A stretch of DNA of 64,000 bases from Burkholderiales bacterium (GCA_038209585.1 JBBQXN010000006.1:2171-66170); one strand, 5' to 3'; counted from the first letter of the stretch, positions 11,027 to 23,152 are shown. Translations and numbers: made by a program. The notes: generated from the letters alone by a model not told the origin.

Positions 11027-11737
11027 TCAAACATGCACCAAAGTGCCTTCGTCCTCACCCATCACCACGCGTTTCAAAGCACCTGACTTGAAGATGCTGA
11101 ACACCTTGATGGGCAAGCGCTGGTCGCGACACAGCGCGAAAGCCGCTGCATCCATCACCTGCAGGTTGCGTGAAATCGCCTCGTCAAAGGTGATCGAGGT
11201 GTAACGCGTGGCATGCGGGTCTTTCTTGGGGTCAGCGCTATAGACACCGTCTACCTTGGTCGCCTTCAGCACGATCTGCGCGCCAATTTCTGCACCCCGC
11301 AACGCGGCGGCCGTGTCGGTAGTGAAAAACGGGTTGCCCGTGCCTGCGGCAAAAATGACAACCTTGCCTTCTTCCAGGTACTGCAGCGCTTTCGGCCGCA
11401 CATAGGGCTCGACCACCTGCTCGATGCTGATGGCCGACATCACGCGTGCCGTCAGGCCTTCCTGGCGCATAGTGTCCGCAAGTGCCAGCGAATTCATCAC
11501 CGTGGCCAGCATGCCCATGTAGTCGGCCGTGGCGCGGTCCATGCCCACCGCACCCCCGGCCACGCCGCGAAAGATGTTGCCGCCGCCGATGACCACGGCC
11601 ACCTCGCAGCCCAGTTGCGTCACGCCTTGCACTTCCTGCACCATGCGCACGATGGTCGCGCGATTGATGCCGTAGGTGTCGTCCCCCATCAGGGCTTCGC
11701 CTGAAAGCTTGAGCAAGATGCGCTTGTATGCGGGCAT
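11027..11737 (-). CDS. pyrH: UMP kinase
   Basis: [35 protein letters not shown]. Confidence 0.97.
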   Translation of the reverse strand: MPAYKRILLKLSGEALMGDDTYGINRATIVRMVQEVQGVTQLGCEVAVVIGGGNIFRGVAGGAVGMDRATADYMGMLATVMNSLALADTMRQEGLTARVMSAISIEQVVEPYVRPKALQYLEEGKVVIFAAGTGNPFFTTDTAAALRGAEIGAQIVLKATKVDGVYSADPKKDPHATRYTSITFDEAISRNLQVMDAAAFALCRDQRLPIKVFSIFKSGALKRVVMGEDEGTLVHV

Positions 11738-11789
11738 CGGTAGCGGCCTCTCTTGGGTTAAACAGCTTCGCAGTGTAAGGCGCCGACTC

Positions 11790-12680
11790 TTACTGGGCCT
11801 TGGCTGCAGCGACCTGAGCAGCTACTTCTGCTGCAAAGTCGTCCACCTTTTTCTCGATGCCCTCACCCACCACGTAGAGCGTGAAGCCGGCCACTTTCGT
11901 GCCCTTCTCTTTGAGCATCTGTTCGACGGTCTGCTTGTCGTTCTTCACGAAAGTCTGGTTCAACAGCGACACCTCTTTCAAGAACTTCTGTACCGAGCCC
12001 TCGACCATCTTGGCCACGATCTCGGGGGGCTTGCCGCTCTCGGCCGCTTTCTCAGCGGCTACACGGCGCTCGACCTCGATCAGTTCAGCCGCCACGTCAG
12101 CCGTAGACAATGCCTTGGGCTTCATGGCCGCCACGTGCATGGCCACATCTTTGGCAGCGACCTCGTCGCCAGTGAATTCCACCACCACGCCGATGCGTGT
12201 TCCGTGCAGGTAGCTGGCCAGCTGGCCACCACCGGCGTAGCGCTTAAAGCGGCGGATGGCCATGTTCTCGCCGATCTTGCCGATCAAGCCCTTGCGCACG
12301 TCTTCGACCGTGGGGCCGAAACCATCCTGGTCCAGCGGCAAGGCGGACAGCGCGGCCACGTCTGCCGGGCTGTGGCTGGCAACGAGCTGCGCGCAAGACT
12401 TGGCGAAAGCCAGAAAGGAATCGTTCTTGGTGACGAAGTCGGTTTCGCAATTGACTTCTACGACGGCGCCTGTGCTGCCTTCGACAGCAGCGGTGATGAC
12501 GCCTTCGGCCGTGATGCGGGTAGCGGCCTTGCCGGCTTTGTTGCCGAGTTTGACGCGCAGGATCTCTTCTGCACGGGTCATGTCGCCTTCGGCTTCAGTG
12601 AGCGCCTTTTTGCACTCCATCATCGGGGCGTCGGTCTTGGCGCGCAATTCGGCCACCAGGCTTGCGGTGATAGCGGGCAT
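11790..12680 (-). CDS. tsf: Elongation factor Ts
   Basis: [17 protein letters not shown]. Confidence 0.98.
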   Translation of the reverse strand: MPAITASLVAELRAKTDAPMMECKKALTEAEGDMTRAEEILRVKLGNKAGKAATRITAEGVITAAVEGSTGAVVEVNCETDFVTKNDSFLAFAKSCAQLVASHSPADVAALSALPLDQDGFGPTVEDVRKGLIGKIGENMAIRRFKRYAGGGQLASYLHGTRIGVVVEFTGDEVAAKDVAMHVAAMKPKALSTADVAAELIEVERRVAAEKAAESGKPPEIVAKMVEGSVQKFLKEVSLLNQTFVKNDKQTVEQMLKEKGTKVAGFTLYVVGEGIEKKVDDFAAEVAAQVAAAKAQ

Positions 12681-12696
12681 GCTGAGTAGTCTCCGT

Positions 12697-12727
12697 ACAA
12701 AGACAAGCGGCCAGGAGAGGCCGCTTG
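12697..12727 (-). terminator. Hairpin with U-rich tail between rpsB and tsf (attenuator-like)
   Basis: Minus strand reads CAAGCGGCC-tctcct-GGCCGCTTG followed by TCTTTGT. Confidence 0.6.
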
Positions 12728-12815
12728 AGTTGGGTTTTTCTAAGAGGCGCGGGTCAAATCTGCGCGCTGGCGTGAATGCACGACAAGATAGGCGACAGAG
12801 CGACCCGCTACCAGA

Positions 12816-13556
12816 TCAGGCTTCGCTGACTTCGACGAATTCGTCATTGCCGGCGGCGGCCTGCACAACCTCGTTGGTGGCCTTGGCCTTGCCTTCGAGC
12901 ACGGCGTCTGCCACCGAACGGGCATACAGCGCTACGGCCTTGGCCGAGTCGTCGTTGCCAGGGATGACGTAGTCGATGCCGATAGGCGAATGGTTGGTAT
13001 CGACGATACCGATGACCGGAATGCCCAGCTTCTTGGCTTCGGCAACGGCGATCTTGTGATATCCGACATCGATGACAAACATGGCGTCAGGCAAAGCGCT
13101 CATGTCTTGAATACCGCCGATGTCTTTTTCCAGCTTGATCAGGTCGCGCTCGAACATCAGCGCTTCTTTCTTGATCAACGACTCGCCGCCGGTTTCCTTG
13201 GTGGCCTGCATGTCCTTGAGCTTCTTCAAAGAGCCCTTGACAGTCTTGAAGTTGGTCATCATGCCGCCCAGCCATCGCTGGTCGACATACGGCATGCCAC
13301 AGCGCTGTGCTTCCAGCGCGATGACCTCGCGCGCTTGGCGCTTGGTGCCGATCATCAGGATGGTGCCGCGGCGAGCTGCCAGCTGGCGAACGAACTTCAT
13401 CGCGTCGTTGAAGAGCGGCTGCGTCTTCTCGAGATTGATGATGTGGATCTTGTTGCGATGGCCGTAGATATACGGTGCCATCTTGGGGTTCCAGAAGCGC
13501 GTTTGGTGCCCGAAATGGACACCGGCTTCCAGCATTTCACGCATGGAGACAGACAT
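12816..13556 (-). CDS. rpsB: 30S ribosomal protein S2
   Basis: [33 protein letters not shown]. Confidence 0.99.
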   Translation of the reverse strand: MSVSMREMLEAGVHFGHQTRFWNPKMAPYIYGHRNKIHIINLEKTQPLFNDAMKFVRQLAARRGTILMIGTKRQAREVIALEAQRCGMPYVDQRWLGGMMTNFKTVKGSLKKLKDMQATKETGGESLIKKEALMFERDLIKLEKDIGGIQDMSALPDAMFVIDVGYHKIAVAEAKKLGIPVIGIVDTNHSPIGIDYVIPGNDDSAKAVALYARSVADAVLEGKAKATNEVVQAAAGNDEFVEVSEA

Positions 13557-13753
13557 GGGTAACTCCGAAGGTTGAGTCTAGAATCCCGCCGCTTCATCGC
13601 CTCTGTCTACAGATTCTCATCAACGCGATCTTTCGCTTGAGCAAGAACTTGCTACACAGAAGACGACACCTTAGGTTCGGTCGGGTTCGCTGATTTGTTC
13701 GCCCCGAAGAGAACGAATTCGCTTTGCTTCGGGAAAACCCAATGAGTTTAGCA
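13557..13753 (-). promoter_or_regulatory. rpsB promoter and structured 5' leader (putative S2 autoregulation element)
   Basis: Extended -10-like TGCTAAACT at 13753-13745; about 180-nt leader with a long stem and a GGAG before the ATG. S2 autoregulation is known from other proteobacteria. Confidence 0.55.
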
Positions 13754-13770
13754 CGCGCGAAAGCGCGCTC

Positions 13771-15027
13771 GTGAAGGTCGCCGTGATCGGCGCCGGTATC
13801 GTCGGTATCGCGACTGCTTGCGAGCTGGCCAGCCAGCAGCATGAAGTCACCGTGTTCGAGCGGCGAGGCAGCGTGGCCACTGAGGGCAGTTTCGCTCAAA
13901 CGGGCTTGCTGGCAGCCTGCGCGCCCTTACCCTGGGGCGTGCCCGGGCTGCAGCGCAGCCGCCTCATGCACTGGCTGGGACGGGAAGGCAGCGTGCGCGG
14001 CAGCAGCCTGTCCGTGCTGAGCCATGCGCCCTGGCTGTGGCGGCAGTGGCTCGGCGAACGGCCTGCGGCACGCACACCGCGCATGCAAGCGCTACTGGCG
14101 CTGGCGCATGCCAGCCGCCAGCGCGTGGGCGAGCTGACGCAGCAGCTGAATCTGGCTTACGAGCAGCAGGGCGGTGGGATGGTGTTGCTGTCGAGCACAC
14201 AGCAGGTGGCGCGGGTCCAGCGGGCACTCGCAGCAGAACAAGCCTTGGCGCCAGGCATGGCTCTCCTGAGCGCAGATGCAGCGCGCGCACTCGAACCCGC
14301 CTTGGCCGCGCGCTGGCCGCTGAAGGGCGCTGTGCAACTGCCGGCCAGCATGGTCGGCAATGGGCGGCAACTGGCCCACCTGCTCAAGGCACAGGCGCAG
14401 AAATTGGGGGCGCGCTTCGAGTTCGATACGCAGGTGCGGTCCATGCGGTCGGGCACGCCTGCTGGACTGGTCAGGGCCGATGGTTCATCGGCCACGTTCG
14501 ATGCCATCGTGGTCTGCGCTGGAACCGGCAGTCGCGACTTGCTGGCCAGCGCCGGACTGAAGTTGCCTTTGCTGCAAACACAAACCCACGCCGTCACAGC
14601 ACCGCTGAGCCGCCACGAAGGCGAAGCCGCGCACGGGCCCCGTGCGGCAGTGATCGACGCCCGTTCGGGGATCGTCGTCACACGGCTGGGCCAACGCGTG
14701 CGCGCCAGCGGCGTCACGCAGCTGGGGCCCGCTACAGCGGCCATCGCGCCTGCGGTATTGCGGCAGCTCTATGGCGCCATAGAAGCCAGCTTTCCGGGCT
14801 GCGCCGTCACACGCGAGGCCAGCCACTGGCAGGGCCCGCGCATGCGCGTTCCAGACGGCGCCCCTGTCATCGGCAACAGCGGCCAACCTGGCCTGTGGCT
14901 GAACCTGGCACATGGCGCTTTCGGCTGGGGCCTGGCTTTCGGAGCGGCGCAGCTGCTGGCGCGCCAGTTGGCCGGCCAGCCCCTGCCCTTCGACGCTGCC
15001 GCGTTCGCAGCGCAACGTCTGCGCTGA
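13771..15027 (+). CDS. FAD-dependent oxidoreductase, DadA/D-amino-acid dehydrogenase-like (divergent)
   Basis: N-terminal VAVIGAGIVG, VFERR, PDGAPVIG, WLNLAHG..GW. Confidence 0.85.
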   Translation: MKVAVIGAGIVGIATACELASQQHEVTVFERRGSVATEGSFAQTGLLAACAPLPWGVPGLQRSRLMHWLGREGSVRGSSLSVLSHAPWLWRQWLGERPAARTPRMQALLALAHASRQRVGELTQQLNLAYEQQGGGMVLLSSTQQVARVQRALAAEQALAPGMALLSADAARALEPALAARWPLKGAVQLPASMVGNGRQLAHLLKAQAQKLGARFEFDTQVRSMRSGTPAGLVRADGSSATFDAIVVCAGTGSRDLLASAGLKLPLLQTQTHAVTAPLSRHEGEAAHGPRAAVIDARSGIVVTRLGQRVRASGVTQLGPATAAIAPAVLRQLYGAIEASFPGCAVTREASHWQGPRMRVPDGAPVIGNSGQPGLWLNLAHGAFGWGLAFGAAQLLARQLAGQPLPFDAAAFAAQRLR

Positions 15028-15032
15028 AGGGC

Positions 15033-16586
15033 ATGATCAGCGCGATGCACGCCCTGCCCCCCATGAAGACGACACATGGCAAGACCTTGCAGGTCCTGCC
15101 CGCCGCGGCGAGCACGGCCTGGCCTTTGCACGACGCAGCCAGCACGAAAACACTTGAACGGGCCCACCGCGACCAGCCCCTGATGGCGCGGGCTGGCATC
15201 GCTTTGGCACGTCTGGGCCGCGCGCTTGCGCCGCATGCCGGCCGCACCCTGATTCTCATCGGCCCAGGCAACAACGGCGGCGACGGTCTGGCGGCAGCGC
15301 GCTGGCTGCATAGCCAGCAACACCCCGTCCATGCGCGGTTGGTAGGTGACCCTGCGCAGCTGCCGGCAGATGCCGCACAGGCCTTGCGTCTTGCCGCCAG
15401 CGCAGGGGTCGATATTCAGCATTTCGATGCCGGTGAGTGCCTGCCTCTGGATACGCATGATCTGGTCATCGACGCGCTGTTGGGTCTGGGTAGCCGGCGC
15501 GCGCCTGAAGGAAACCTGGCCGCTGCCGTTGCGTACCAGCAGCGCCTGCCTGCGCTGACTTTGTCCGTGGACCTGCCAAGCGGCCTGCACCCCGACACCG
15601 GTGCGCTGCTGGGCCAACAGGCCGTTCGTGCGCACGCCACCCTGGCGCTGCTGACGATCAAGCCAGGCTGCTGGACGGCGCAGGGGCGGGACCATGCTGG
15701 TGAGGTTTGGTGGAACGACTTGGGCATGGCCAGTGCCTTGCCCTTGCCCACCGCTTGGCTGCCGGGGCGCATTGCGCGCCCTTGGCGGTCCCACGCGTCG
15801 CATAAAGGCCGCTTCGGCGACGTCTGGGTATTCGGCGGTGCCGCAGGCATGGAGGGTGCGTTGGCCTTGGCCTCAGCTGCAGCGCTGGCCGCCGGGGCTG
15901 GGCGCGTGTACGCGTGCCCGGCAGCACAAACCAGCAGCGCATGTCTGGCACCACACCCTGAACTGATGCAACGCGACCGTGCCGAAGGCCTGCGCACAGG
16001 GGTGTTGTCGCAGGCCACCGTGCTGGCTGGCTGCGGCGGCGGCAACGCGATGGCAGACAGCTTGCCGCGTCTCCTGCAGCATGCCGCCCGACTGGTGCTG
16101 GACGCAGACGCGCTCAATGCCATTGCCGCCCAGCCCGACCTTCAACCTGCGCTTGCGCTTCGTGCGCACCTGGGCCTGCCCACCGTGCTCACGCCCCATC
16201 CGCTGGAAGCGGCCAGGCTGCTGGGCTGGCGTACGGAAGCCGTTCAGGCCGACAGGCCTGCTGCTGCCCGGGCCCTGGCCACGCGCTTTCAGGTCGTGGT
16301 GGTGTTGAAGGGTTCTGGCACCGTCATCTGCAGCCCGGACCAGACGCCGGCCATCAACCCCACAGGCAACGCTGCGCTGGCCACGGCGGGCACAGGCGAC
16401 GTGCTGGCCGGCTGGCTGGCTGGGCTGTGGGCGCAAGAAACCTCAGCCGACCCTGTCTCGGCTGCACTGCAGGCTGTCTGGTGGCACGGCCTGGCGGCAA
16501 ACCGCCATGGCGGCACTGGCCCGCTGCGAGCCAGTGACCTCATCGAAGCCATGACCCTGGTGGACGCTGGCGCCGCGTCACCCTAA
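15033..16586 (+). CDS. nnr: Bifunctional NAD(P)H-hydrate epimerase/dehydratase
   Basis: GPGNNGGDG, VDLPSG, HKGRFG, VLDADAL, LTPHPLEAARL, ATAGTGDVLAG. The real start follows the DadA-like stop; the ORF-track start at 14037 is spurious. Confidence 0.93.
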   Translation: MISAMHALPPMKTTHGKTLQVLPAAASTAWPLHDAASTKTLERAHRDQPLMARAGIALARLGRALAPHAGRTLILIGPGNNGGDGLAAARWLHSQQHPVHARLVGDPAQLPADAAQALRLAASAGVDIQHFDAGECLPLDTHDLVIDALLGLGSRRAPEGNLAAAVAYQQRLPALTLSVDLPSGLHPDTGALLGQQAVRAHATLALLTIKPGCWTAQGRDHAGEVWWNDLGMASALPLPTAWLPGRIARPWRSHASHKGRFGDVWVFGGAAGMEGALALASAAALAAGAGRVYACPAAQTSSACLAPHPELMQRDRAEGLRTGVLSQATVLAGCGGGNAMADSLPRLLQHAARLVLDADALNAIAAQPDLQPALALRAHLGLPTVLTPHPLEAARLLGWRTEAVQADRPAAARALATRFQVVVVLKGSGTVICSPDQTPAINPTGNAALATAGTGDVLAGWLAGLWAQETSADPVSAALQAVWWHGLAANRHGGTGPLRASDLIEAMTLVDAGAASP

Positions 16587-18820
16587 CGCTTCGTACGCGG
16601 GCGCGGTGCCGGCCTGCGCGCAGCGGGTTTGCGCGAGCGCTTGGTTGCATCGCCTGCAGCCTGAGACTTCAAGTCGCGCGCATGTGCCTTCACGCTGCGA
16701 TCTGCTTCGCGAACTGCCGTCAGTTCTTCAACAGCACTGGCGGGTTTCGCGCGCTCGGCACGTTCAGAACGATCTGCACGGCCCTTTTCGACCAGCCGTT
16801 CGGACCCGTCTTCACGCACCAGGCGGAAGTCGATCTTGCGGCCGTCCAGGTCCACACGGCTGACCTGTACGCGCACCCGCGTACCAACGGCATAGCGCAC
16901 ACCCGTGCGCTCGCCGCGCAGTTCTTGCCGTACTTCATCGAAGCGGTAGTACTCGCCGCCCAGTTCGGTGATGTGCACCAGGCCATCGACATACAGCGCG
17001 TCCAGCGTCACGAACAAGCCGAAACCTGCCACGGCGCTGACCGTGCCTGAGAACTCTTCGCCCAGATGCTCGCGCATGAAGCGGCACTTCAACCAGGCTT
17101 CGACGTCGCGCGAGGCTTCGTCGGCGCGGCGCTCGTTGGCGCTGCAATGTGCGCCTACGCCCTCCCAAACGGCCATCTCCTGCGACAGCGGCTTGGCCGG
17201 CTTCGCTGCAGGCCGGGCGTTCTTGCGGATCTCAGGTATGCGCGTCGCTGCGTGGGGCGCGAGGTGAAAGCGCTTGGATGAGAGCAAGGCCTTGATCACG
17301 CGATGCACCAGCAGGTCGGGGTAGCGACGTATGGGGCTCGTGAAGTGGGTATAGGCGTCGTAGGACAGGCCGAAGTGGCCATTGTTGGTGGCGGTGTACA
17401 CGGCTTGCTGCATCGAACGCAGCAGCATGGTGCTGATCTGCGCCGCATCTGGCCGGCCTTGCGTGGCCTGGCTGATGGCTTGTATCTCGCCCGGCGTGGG
17501 TTCGTCACTGATGCTCAAACCCAGACCCAGCGCCCGCAGGTAGGCCTGCAATGCCACGCGCTTTTCAGGCGTCGGGCCTTCGTGCACGCGGTACAGGCTG
17601 GGGTGTTCGGCCTGCGCGATGAACTGGGCGGCGCAGACGTTGGCCGCCAGCATCGATTCTTCGATCAAGCGGTGCGCATCGGTGCGCACGCGCGGCACGA
17701 TCTTCTCGATACGGCCGTTGTCGTCGCAGACGATTTGAGTTTCCGTGGTTTCGAAGTCGATCGCGCCGCGCTTGCTGCGCTGCTTGAGCAATGCGCGGTA
17801 CACCTCGTGCAAGTGCAGCAGATGTGGCAGCACCTGTGCATGCTTGTGCGCTTCTGGCCCGCGCGTATTAGCCAGCGCTGCTGCCACTTCGGTGTAGGTC
17901 AGGCGCGCATGGGAATTGATGACAGCGGGAAAGAACTGGTAGGCGTCAATGCGGCCTTCCTCATCCACCAGCATGTCGCAGACCAGGGCCAGCCGCTCGA
18001 CCTGCGGGTTCAGTGAACACAGGCCGTTTGACAGCTTCTCAGGCAGCATCGGTATGACGCGGCGCGGGAAGTAAACGGAAGTGGCGCGTTCATAGGCGTC
18101 GTCGTCCAGGGCCTCGCCCGGCTTGACGTAGTGGCTGACGTCGGCAATGGCCACCAGCAATCGCCAGCCGTTGAAAGCGGTCTTGCCGCGGCCACGGCTG
18201 AAGGGCTCGCAATACACGGCGTCGTCGAAGTCGCGGGCGTCTTCGCCGTCGATGGTGACCAAGGAGACATCGCTCAGGTCGACACGGTTCTTGCGGTCGG
18301 CGGCGCGAAGTTTTTCAGGCAGCGCCGCAGCGGCGGCCAACGTCTCGGGCGAGAACTGGTGCGGAACTTCGTACTTGCGCACCGCAATTTCGATCTCCAT
18401 GCCGGCGTCGTCGATCTCGCCCAGCACCTCGACCACGCGCCCCACGGGCTGAGAATGCAGCGAAGGCGCCTCGGTGAGTTCAACCGACACCACCTGCCCC
18501 ACCTGTGCGTTGGCGGTGGCGTTCTTGGGGATCAGGATGTCCTGCCCATAACGGCGATCTTCAGGGGCCACGATCCACTGCCCGCTTTCATGCAGCAAGC
18601 GCCCGATGATGGGCGCGTTGCGTCGCTCGATGATGTCCAGCACGCGGCCTTCGGGCCGGCCTTTGCGGTCCATGCGTTGAACGCGTACCCGTACACGGTC
18701 TTTGTGCAACACCGACCGCATTTCCTGCGGCGCCAGGTAGATCGCAGCGTCGCCGTTGTCGGGGACGACAAAACCATGGCCGTCGCGATGACCTTCAATG
18801 CGTCCATCGAACTCACCCAT
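16583..18820 (-). CDS. rnr: Ribonuclease R
   Basis: GHRDGHGF cold-shock domain, TIDGEDARDFDDA catalytic motif, HFTSPIRRYPD, S1 domain, basic tail. Confidence 0.96.
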   Translation of the reverse strand: MGEFDGRIEGHRDGHGFVVPDNGDAAIYLAPQEMRSVLHKDRVRVRVQRMDRKGRPEGRVLDIIERRNAPIIGRLLHESGQWIVAPEDRRYGQDILIPKNATANAQVGQVVSVELTEAPSLHSQPVGRVVEVLGEIDDAGMEIEIAVRKYEVPHQFSPETLAAAAALPEKLRAADRKNRVDLSDVSLVTIDGEDARDFDDAVYCEPFSRGRGKTAFNGWRLLVAIADVSHYVKPGEALDDDAYERATSVYFPRRVIPMLPEKLSNGLCSLNPQVERLALVCDMLVDEEGRIDAYQFFPAVINSHARLTYTEVAAALANTRGPEAHKHAQVLPHLLHLHEVYRALLKQRSKRGAIDFETTETQIVCDDNGRIEKIVPRVRTDAHRLIEESMLAANVCAAQFIAQAEHPSLYRVHEGPTPEKRVALQAYLRALGLGLSISDEPTPGEIQAISQATQGRPDAAQISTMLLRSMQQAVYTATNNGHFGLSYDAYTHFTSPIRRYPDLLVHRVIKALLSSKRFHLAPHAATRIPEIRKNARPAAKPAKPLSQEMAVWEGVGAHCSANERRADEASRDVEAWLKCRFMREHLGEEFSGTVSAVAGFGLFVTLDALYVDGLVHITELGGEYYRFDEVRQELRGERTGVRYAVGTRVRVQVSRVDLDGRKIDFRLVREDGSERLVEKGRADRSERAERAKPASAVEELTAVREADRSVKAHARDLKSQAAGDATKRSRKPAARRPAPRPRTKR

Positions 18821-18894
18821 CAGTGCAGGGCCTGTGTTTGTAGACGCGCTTGCGTTGTCGTTGTGTTTGATAGTATGATCCTTTGTTCCTGAAA

Positions 18895-18979
<85 letters not shown>

Positions 18980-18989
18980 AGATTGTTCG

Positions 18990-19025
18990 ACAGCCGATTG
19001 CTCTGCAATCGGCTGTTTGCGTTTT
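18990..19025. terminator. Intrinsic terminator after the tRNA (possibly shared with the convergent PRTase gene)
   Basis: ACAGCCGATTGC-tct-GCAATCGGCTGT 12-bp perfect stem, then a T-rich tail on the + strand. Confidence 0.8.
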
Positions 19026-19049
19026 GAGGCAGCTAATTGCAAGACGCGT

Positions 19050-19571
19050 TCAGACCGCAAACTTCTTCGCCAGGCCGTCGGGGCGCAGGTTGTCGTAATC
19101 TTCGAATGGCTGATGAATCCACGGGCTTGAGGGTAGCTGCTCGACGAAGTAATCCGGGGTGTAGCTGGAGACGCCCTTGACCCAGATGACCGCGGCGCGC
19201 AGTTCAGTGATCGAAGGCATGCCGCGCAAACGGTCCACCACGGCGCGCAGAGTCACTCCTGTATCTGCCAGGTCGTCGACCAGCAACACACGCCCTGCCA
19301 GGTCACCCTTGGGCATGGTGATGAACTTGGCCATGTCCAGACGGCCCTGGATGGTTCCGGCGTCGGCGCGGTAGCTGCTGGTGGACATGATCGCCAGCGG
19401 TTTGTCGAACACACGCGACAACACATCACCAGGGCGCATGCCACCGCGTGCCAGGCAAAGAATCTGGTCGAATTCCCAACCGGAGTTGTGTACCTTCAAA
19501 GCCAGGCGCTCAGTGAGCATGTGGTACTCGTCCCAAGATACGTAAAGGTGCCTGCCGTCGTCGGTGAGCAT
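19050..19571 (-). CDS. Purine phosphoribosyltransferase family protein
   Basis: LARGG, PRPP-binding VLLVDDLADTGVTL; downstream of purA. Confidence 0.9.
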   Translation of the reverse strand: MLTDDGRHLYVSWDEYHMLTERLALKVHNSGWEFDQILCLARGGMRPGDVLSRVFDKPLAIMSTSSYRADAGTIQGRLDMAKFITMPKGDLAGRVLLVDDLADTGVTLRAVVDRLRGMPSITELRAAVIWVKGVSSYTPDYFVEQLPSSPWIHQPFEDYDNLRPDGLAKKFAV

Positions 19572-19610
19572 GGAGTTTTCTCCTCAATCAGTAAGTTCAG
19601 TCGCGTGGAT

Positions 19611-20963
<1,353 letters not shown>

Positions 20964-20967
20964 CTAT

Positions 20968-22161
20968 TCAAATGTTCAATGGAAGTTCGAGTGCCTGCAG
21001 GGCCCATTGGCCATCATGCTGGACAAGCTCGCGATCGGGTTGCCAGGCGGCGGCTTCTGAAACGTTGGCCACCGGCCCATCGGCCAGCGTGCGCACAACA
21101 ATCTCGCCTTGGGCTCGCAATCGACGCACCGCCGCGCGCAAGGACGCGTCTTCGCCCCAGGGAGCCAGGACAGCTCGCCGCACCGGCGCTGGTGCCGCCA
21201 CTTCAGACAACGACTTCAAGTCCAGGCTGAAACCCACGGCGGGTCGGTTGCGTCCAAAGACAGCGCCGACTTCGTCATAGCGCCCGCCACGGGCCAGCGT
21301 GTCGCTGCATCCGTTGGCGTAAAGCGCAAATCGGGGCCCGCTGTAATAAGCGTAGCCGCTCATGTCAGACAGGTCGAAGGCCACATGCAAGCCTGTGTCT
21401 GCAGCCTGCAGATGGCTGCCCAGCCAGGCCAGATCGGCGAGCGCTTTTCGAATCAAGGGTCGGTCAGGCAAAGCCTCTCGCGCTGCGGCCAGCACTTCGC
21501 TGTTGCCGTACAAGCGCAGCAATGTCTGCAAAGCGGCCGGCGTTTCGCCTGGCAGGCCCTGGCAAAGCTCGGCCAACGCGGGTGCGTCTTTGCTGGCCAG
21601 TGCATGCGCCAAGGCTTGCAGGCCTTCGGCATCCAACGGCACGCCGGCCAAAACGCCCCGCAACACCCGCGCATCTGCGAGATCAATGACCAGCGGGCCT
21701 GCTTGCGCTGCACGCAGGCAGTCCAGCGCCAGCTCAGCAATTTCGAGATCCGCTTCCAGACCCATGTGGCCGAAGACCTCGCAGCCGAACTGCAAGGGCT
21801 CGCGGGTCGCAGCGAGCCCCGCGGGCCGCGTGTGCAGCACCGGGCCGCAGTAGCAAAGTCGAGTCACGCCCTGGCGGTTCAGCAGATGCGCATCGATGCG
21901 TGCTGCCTGCGGCGTGGTGTCTGCCCGCAAGCCCAGCATGCGTCCGCTGAGTTGGTCGACAAGCTTGAAGGTGCTCAGGTCCAGCTCACGCCCAGTGCCG
22001 CTGAGCAAGGCATCCAGATGCTCGATGATCGGCGGTATCACCAGCTCATAGCCATACGCCAGAGCTTGATCGAGCAGGCTCCGACGCAGGGCTTCAATGC
22101 GCTGCGCCTGGGCAGGCAGTACATCAGCAATGTGCTCGGGCAGCAGCCACGCAGAGCGCAT
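20968..22161 (-). CDS. hisZ: ATP phosphoribosyltransferase regulatory subunit
   Basis: WLLPEHIADVLP, LRADTTPQAARIDAH, ARGGRYD; upstream of purA. Confidence 0.94.
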   Translation of the reverse strand: MRSAWLLPEHIADVLPAQAQRIEALRRSLLDQALAYGYELVIPPIIEHLDALLSGTGRELDLSTFKLVDQLSGRMLGLRADTTPQAARIDAHLLNRQGVTRLCYCGPVLHTRPAGLAATREPLQFGCEVFGHMGLEADLEIAELALDCLRAAQAGPLVIDLADARVLRGVLAGVPLDAEGLQALAHALASKDAPALAELCQGLPGETPAALQTLLRLYGNSEVLAAAREALPDRPLIRKALADLAWLGSHLQAADTGLHVAFDLSDMSGYAYYSGPRFALYANGCSDTLARGGRYDEVGAVFGRNRPAVGFSLDLKSLSEVAAPAPVRRAVLAPWGEDASLRAAVRRLRAQGEIVVRTLADGPVANVSEAAAWQPDRELVQHDGQWALQALELPLNI

Positions 22162-22264
22162 GAAATTCACCGGCTTCAAAAAGCAGAATTGTACCGGTGG
22201 GGTGAATCGCCACCGTCATCCCTGCCGCCCGAGCTGTTGAACGAGCTGGTGAAATGAAGCAGGA

Positions 22265-23152
22265 CTACGGCCGTGATCCCGAAGGCGCGGCGTCGCCGCG
22301 CATGCCGCGGAAGAACTCACTGCTGGGGTCCAGCACCATCACGTCGCTCTTGCTGCGAAAGGTGGAGCGGTAGGCTTCCAGGCTGCGGTAGAACTGCGCG
22401 AACTTCGGGTCCCGTCCAAAAGCGTCGGAATACAAAGCCGAGGCCTTTGCGTCACCTTCACCCTTGATCTTCTGCGAATCGCGGTATGCCTCAGCGATGA
22501 TGACTTCGCGCTGACGATCAGCATCAGCACGAATTTTCTCGCCTTCAGCCGAGCCCTGTGAGCGGAGTTCGTTGGCGACCTGCTTGCGCTCTGATTCCAT
22601 GCGCAGATAGACGGCCTGTGTGATGTCGGCAACAAAGTCCACGCGCTTGATACGTACGTCGATGATCTCGATACCAAAGGCCTTGCTTTCTTCCTGCAGC
22701 CGGGTGCGCACGTCGGCCATCACTTGCTCACGTTCTGTGGCCAGAACAGCCTTGACGTCACGCCGCGTGATCACTTCGTTGAAGGTGGCTTGCACGACGG
22801 GTGCCAGTCGGCTCTCGAGGTTGCGGAAATCCGCGCCGTTGTTGCGGATGAATTCGCGCGGATCGGAAATGCGCCACTTCACCAGCCAATCGATGACCAG
22901 GCTTTTCTTCTCTGCGGTGAAGATCGGCCGCACTTCTGGACTGTCCAGCGTCTGTACCCGCTTGTCCAGGAAGACAACGTTCTGGAAAGGTGGCGGCAGC
23001 TTGAACTGCAAGCCCGGTTCAGTGATGACTTCCTTGATCTCGCCCAGCGCGTAGACCACGCCGACCTGGCGCTGATCAACTACGAAGAGGGTGCTGGACA
23101 ACAGCATCAAGGCCAGCAGCGCGCCGCCAACAATAATTGCAATCTTGTTCAT
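22265..23152 (-). CDS. hflC: FtsH modulator HflC
   Basis: N-terminal TM plus SPFH domain; FYRSLEAY. Confidence 0.96.
   Translation of the reverse strand: MNKIAIIVGGALLALMLLSSTLFVVDQRQVGVVYALGEIKEVITEPGLQFKLPPPFQNVVFLDKRVQTLDSPEVRPIFTAEKKSLVIDWLVKWRISDPREFIRNNGADFRNLESRLAPVVQATFNEVITRRDVKAVLATEREQVMADVRTRLQEESKAFGIEIIDVRIKRVDFVADITQAVYLRMESERKQVANELRSQGSAEGEKIRADADRQREVIIAEAYRDSQKIKGEGDAKASALYSDAFGRDPKFAQFYRSLEAYRSTFRSKSDVMVLDPSSEFFRGMRGDAAPSGSRP

Noticed and set aside
14037-15032. Apparent 849-aa Nnr fusion
   Set aside because: The N-terminal 332 aa are an alternate frame of the DadA-like gene; Nnr homology starts after 15033.
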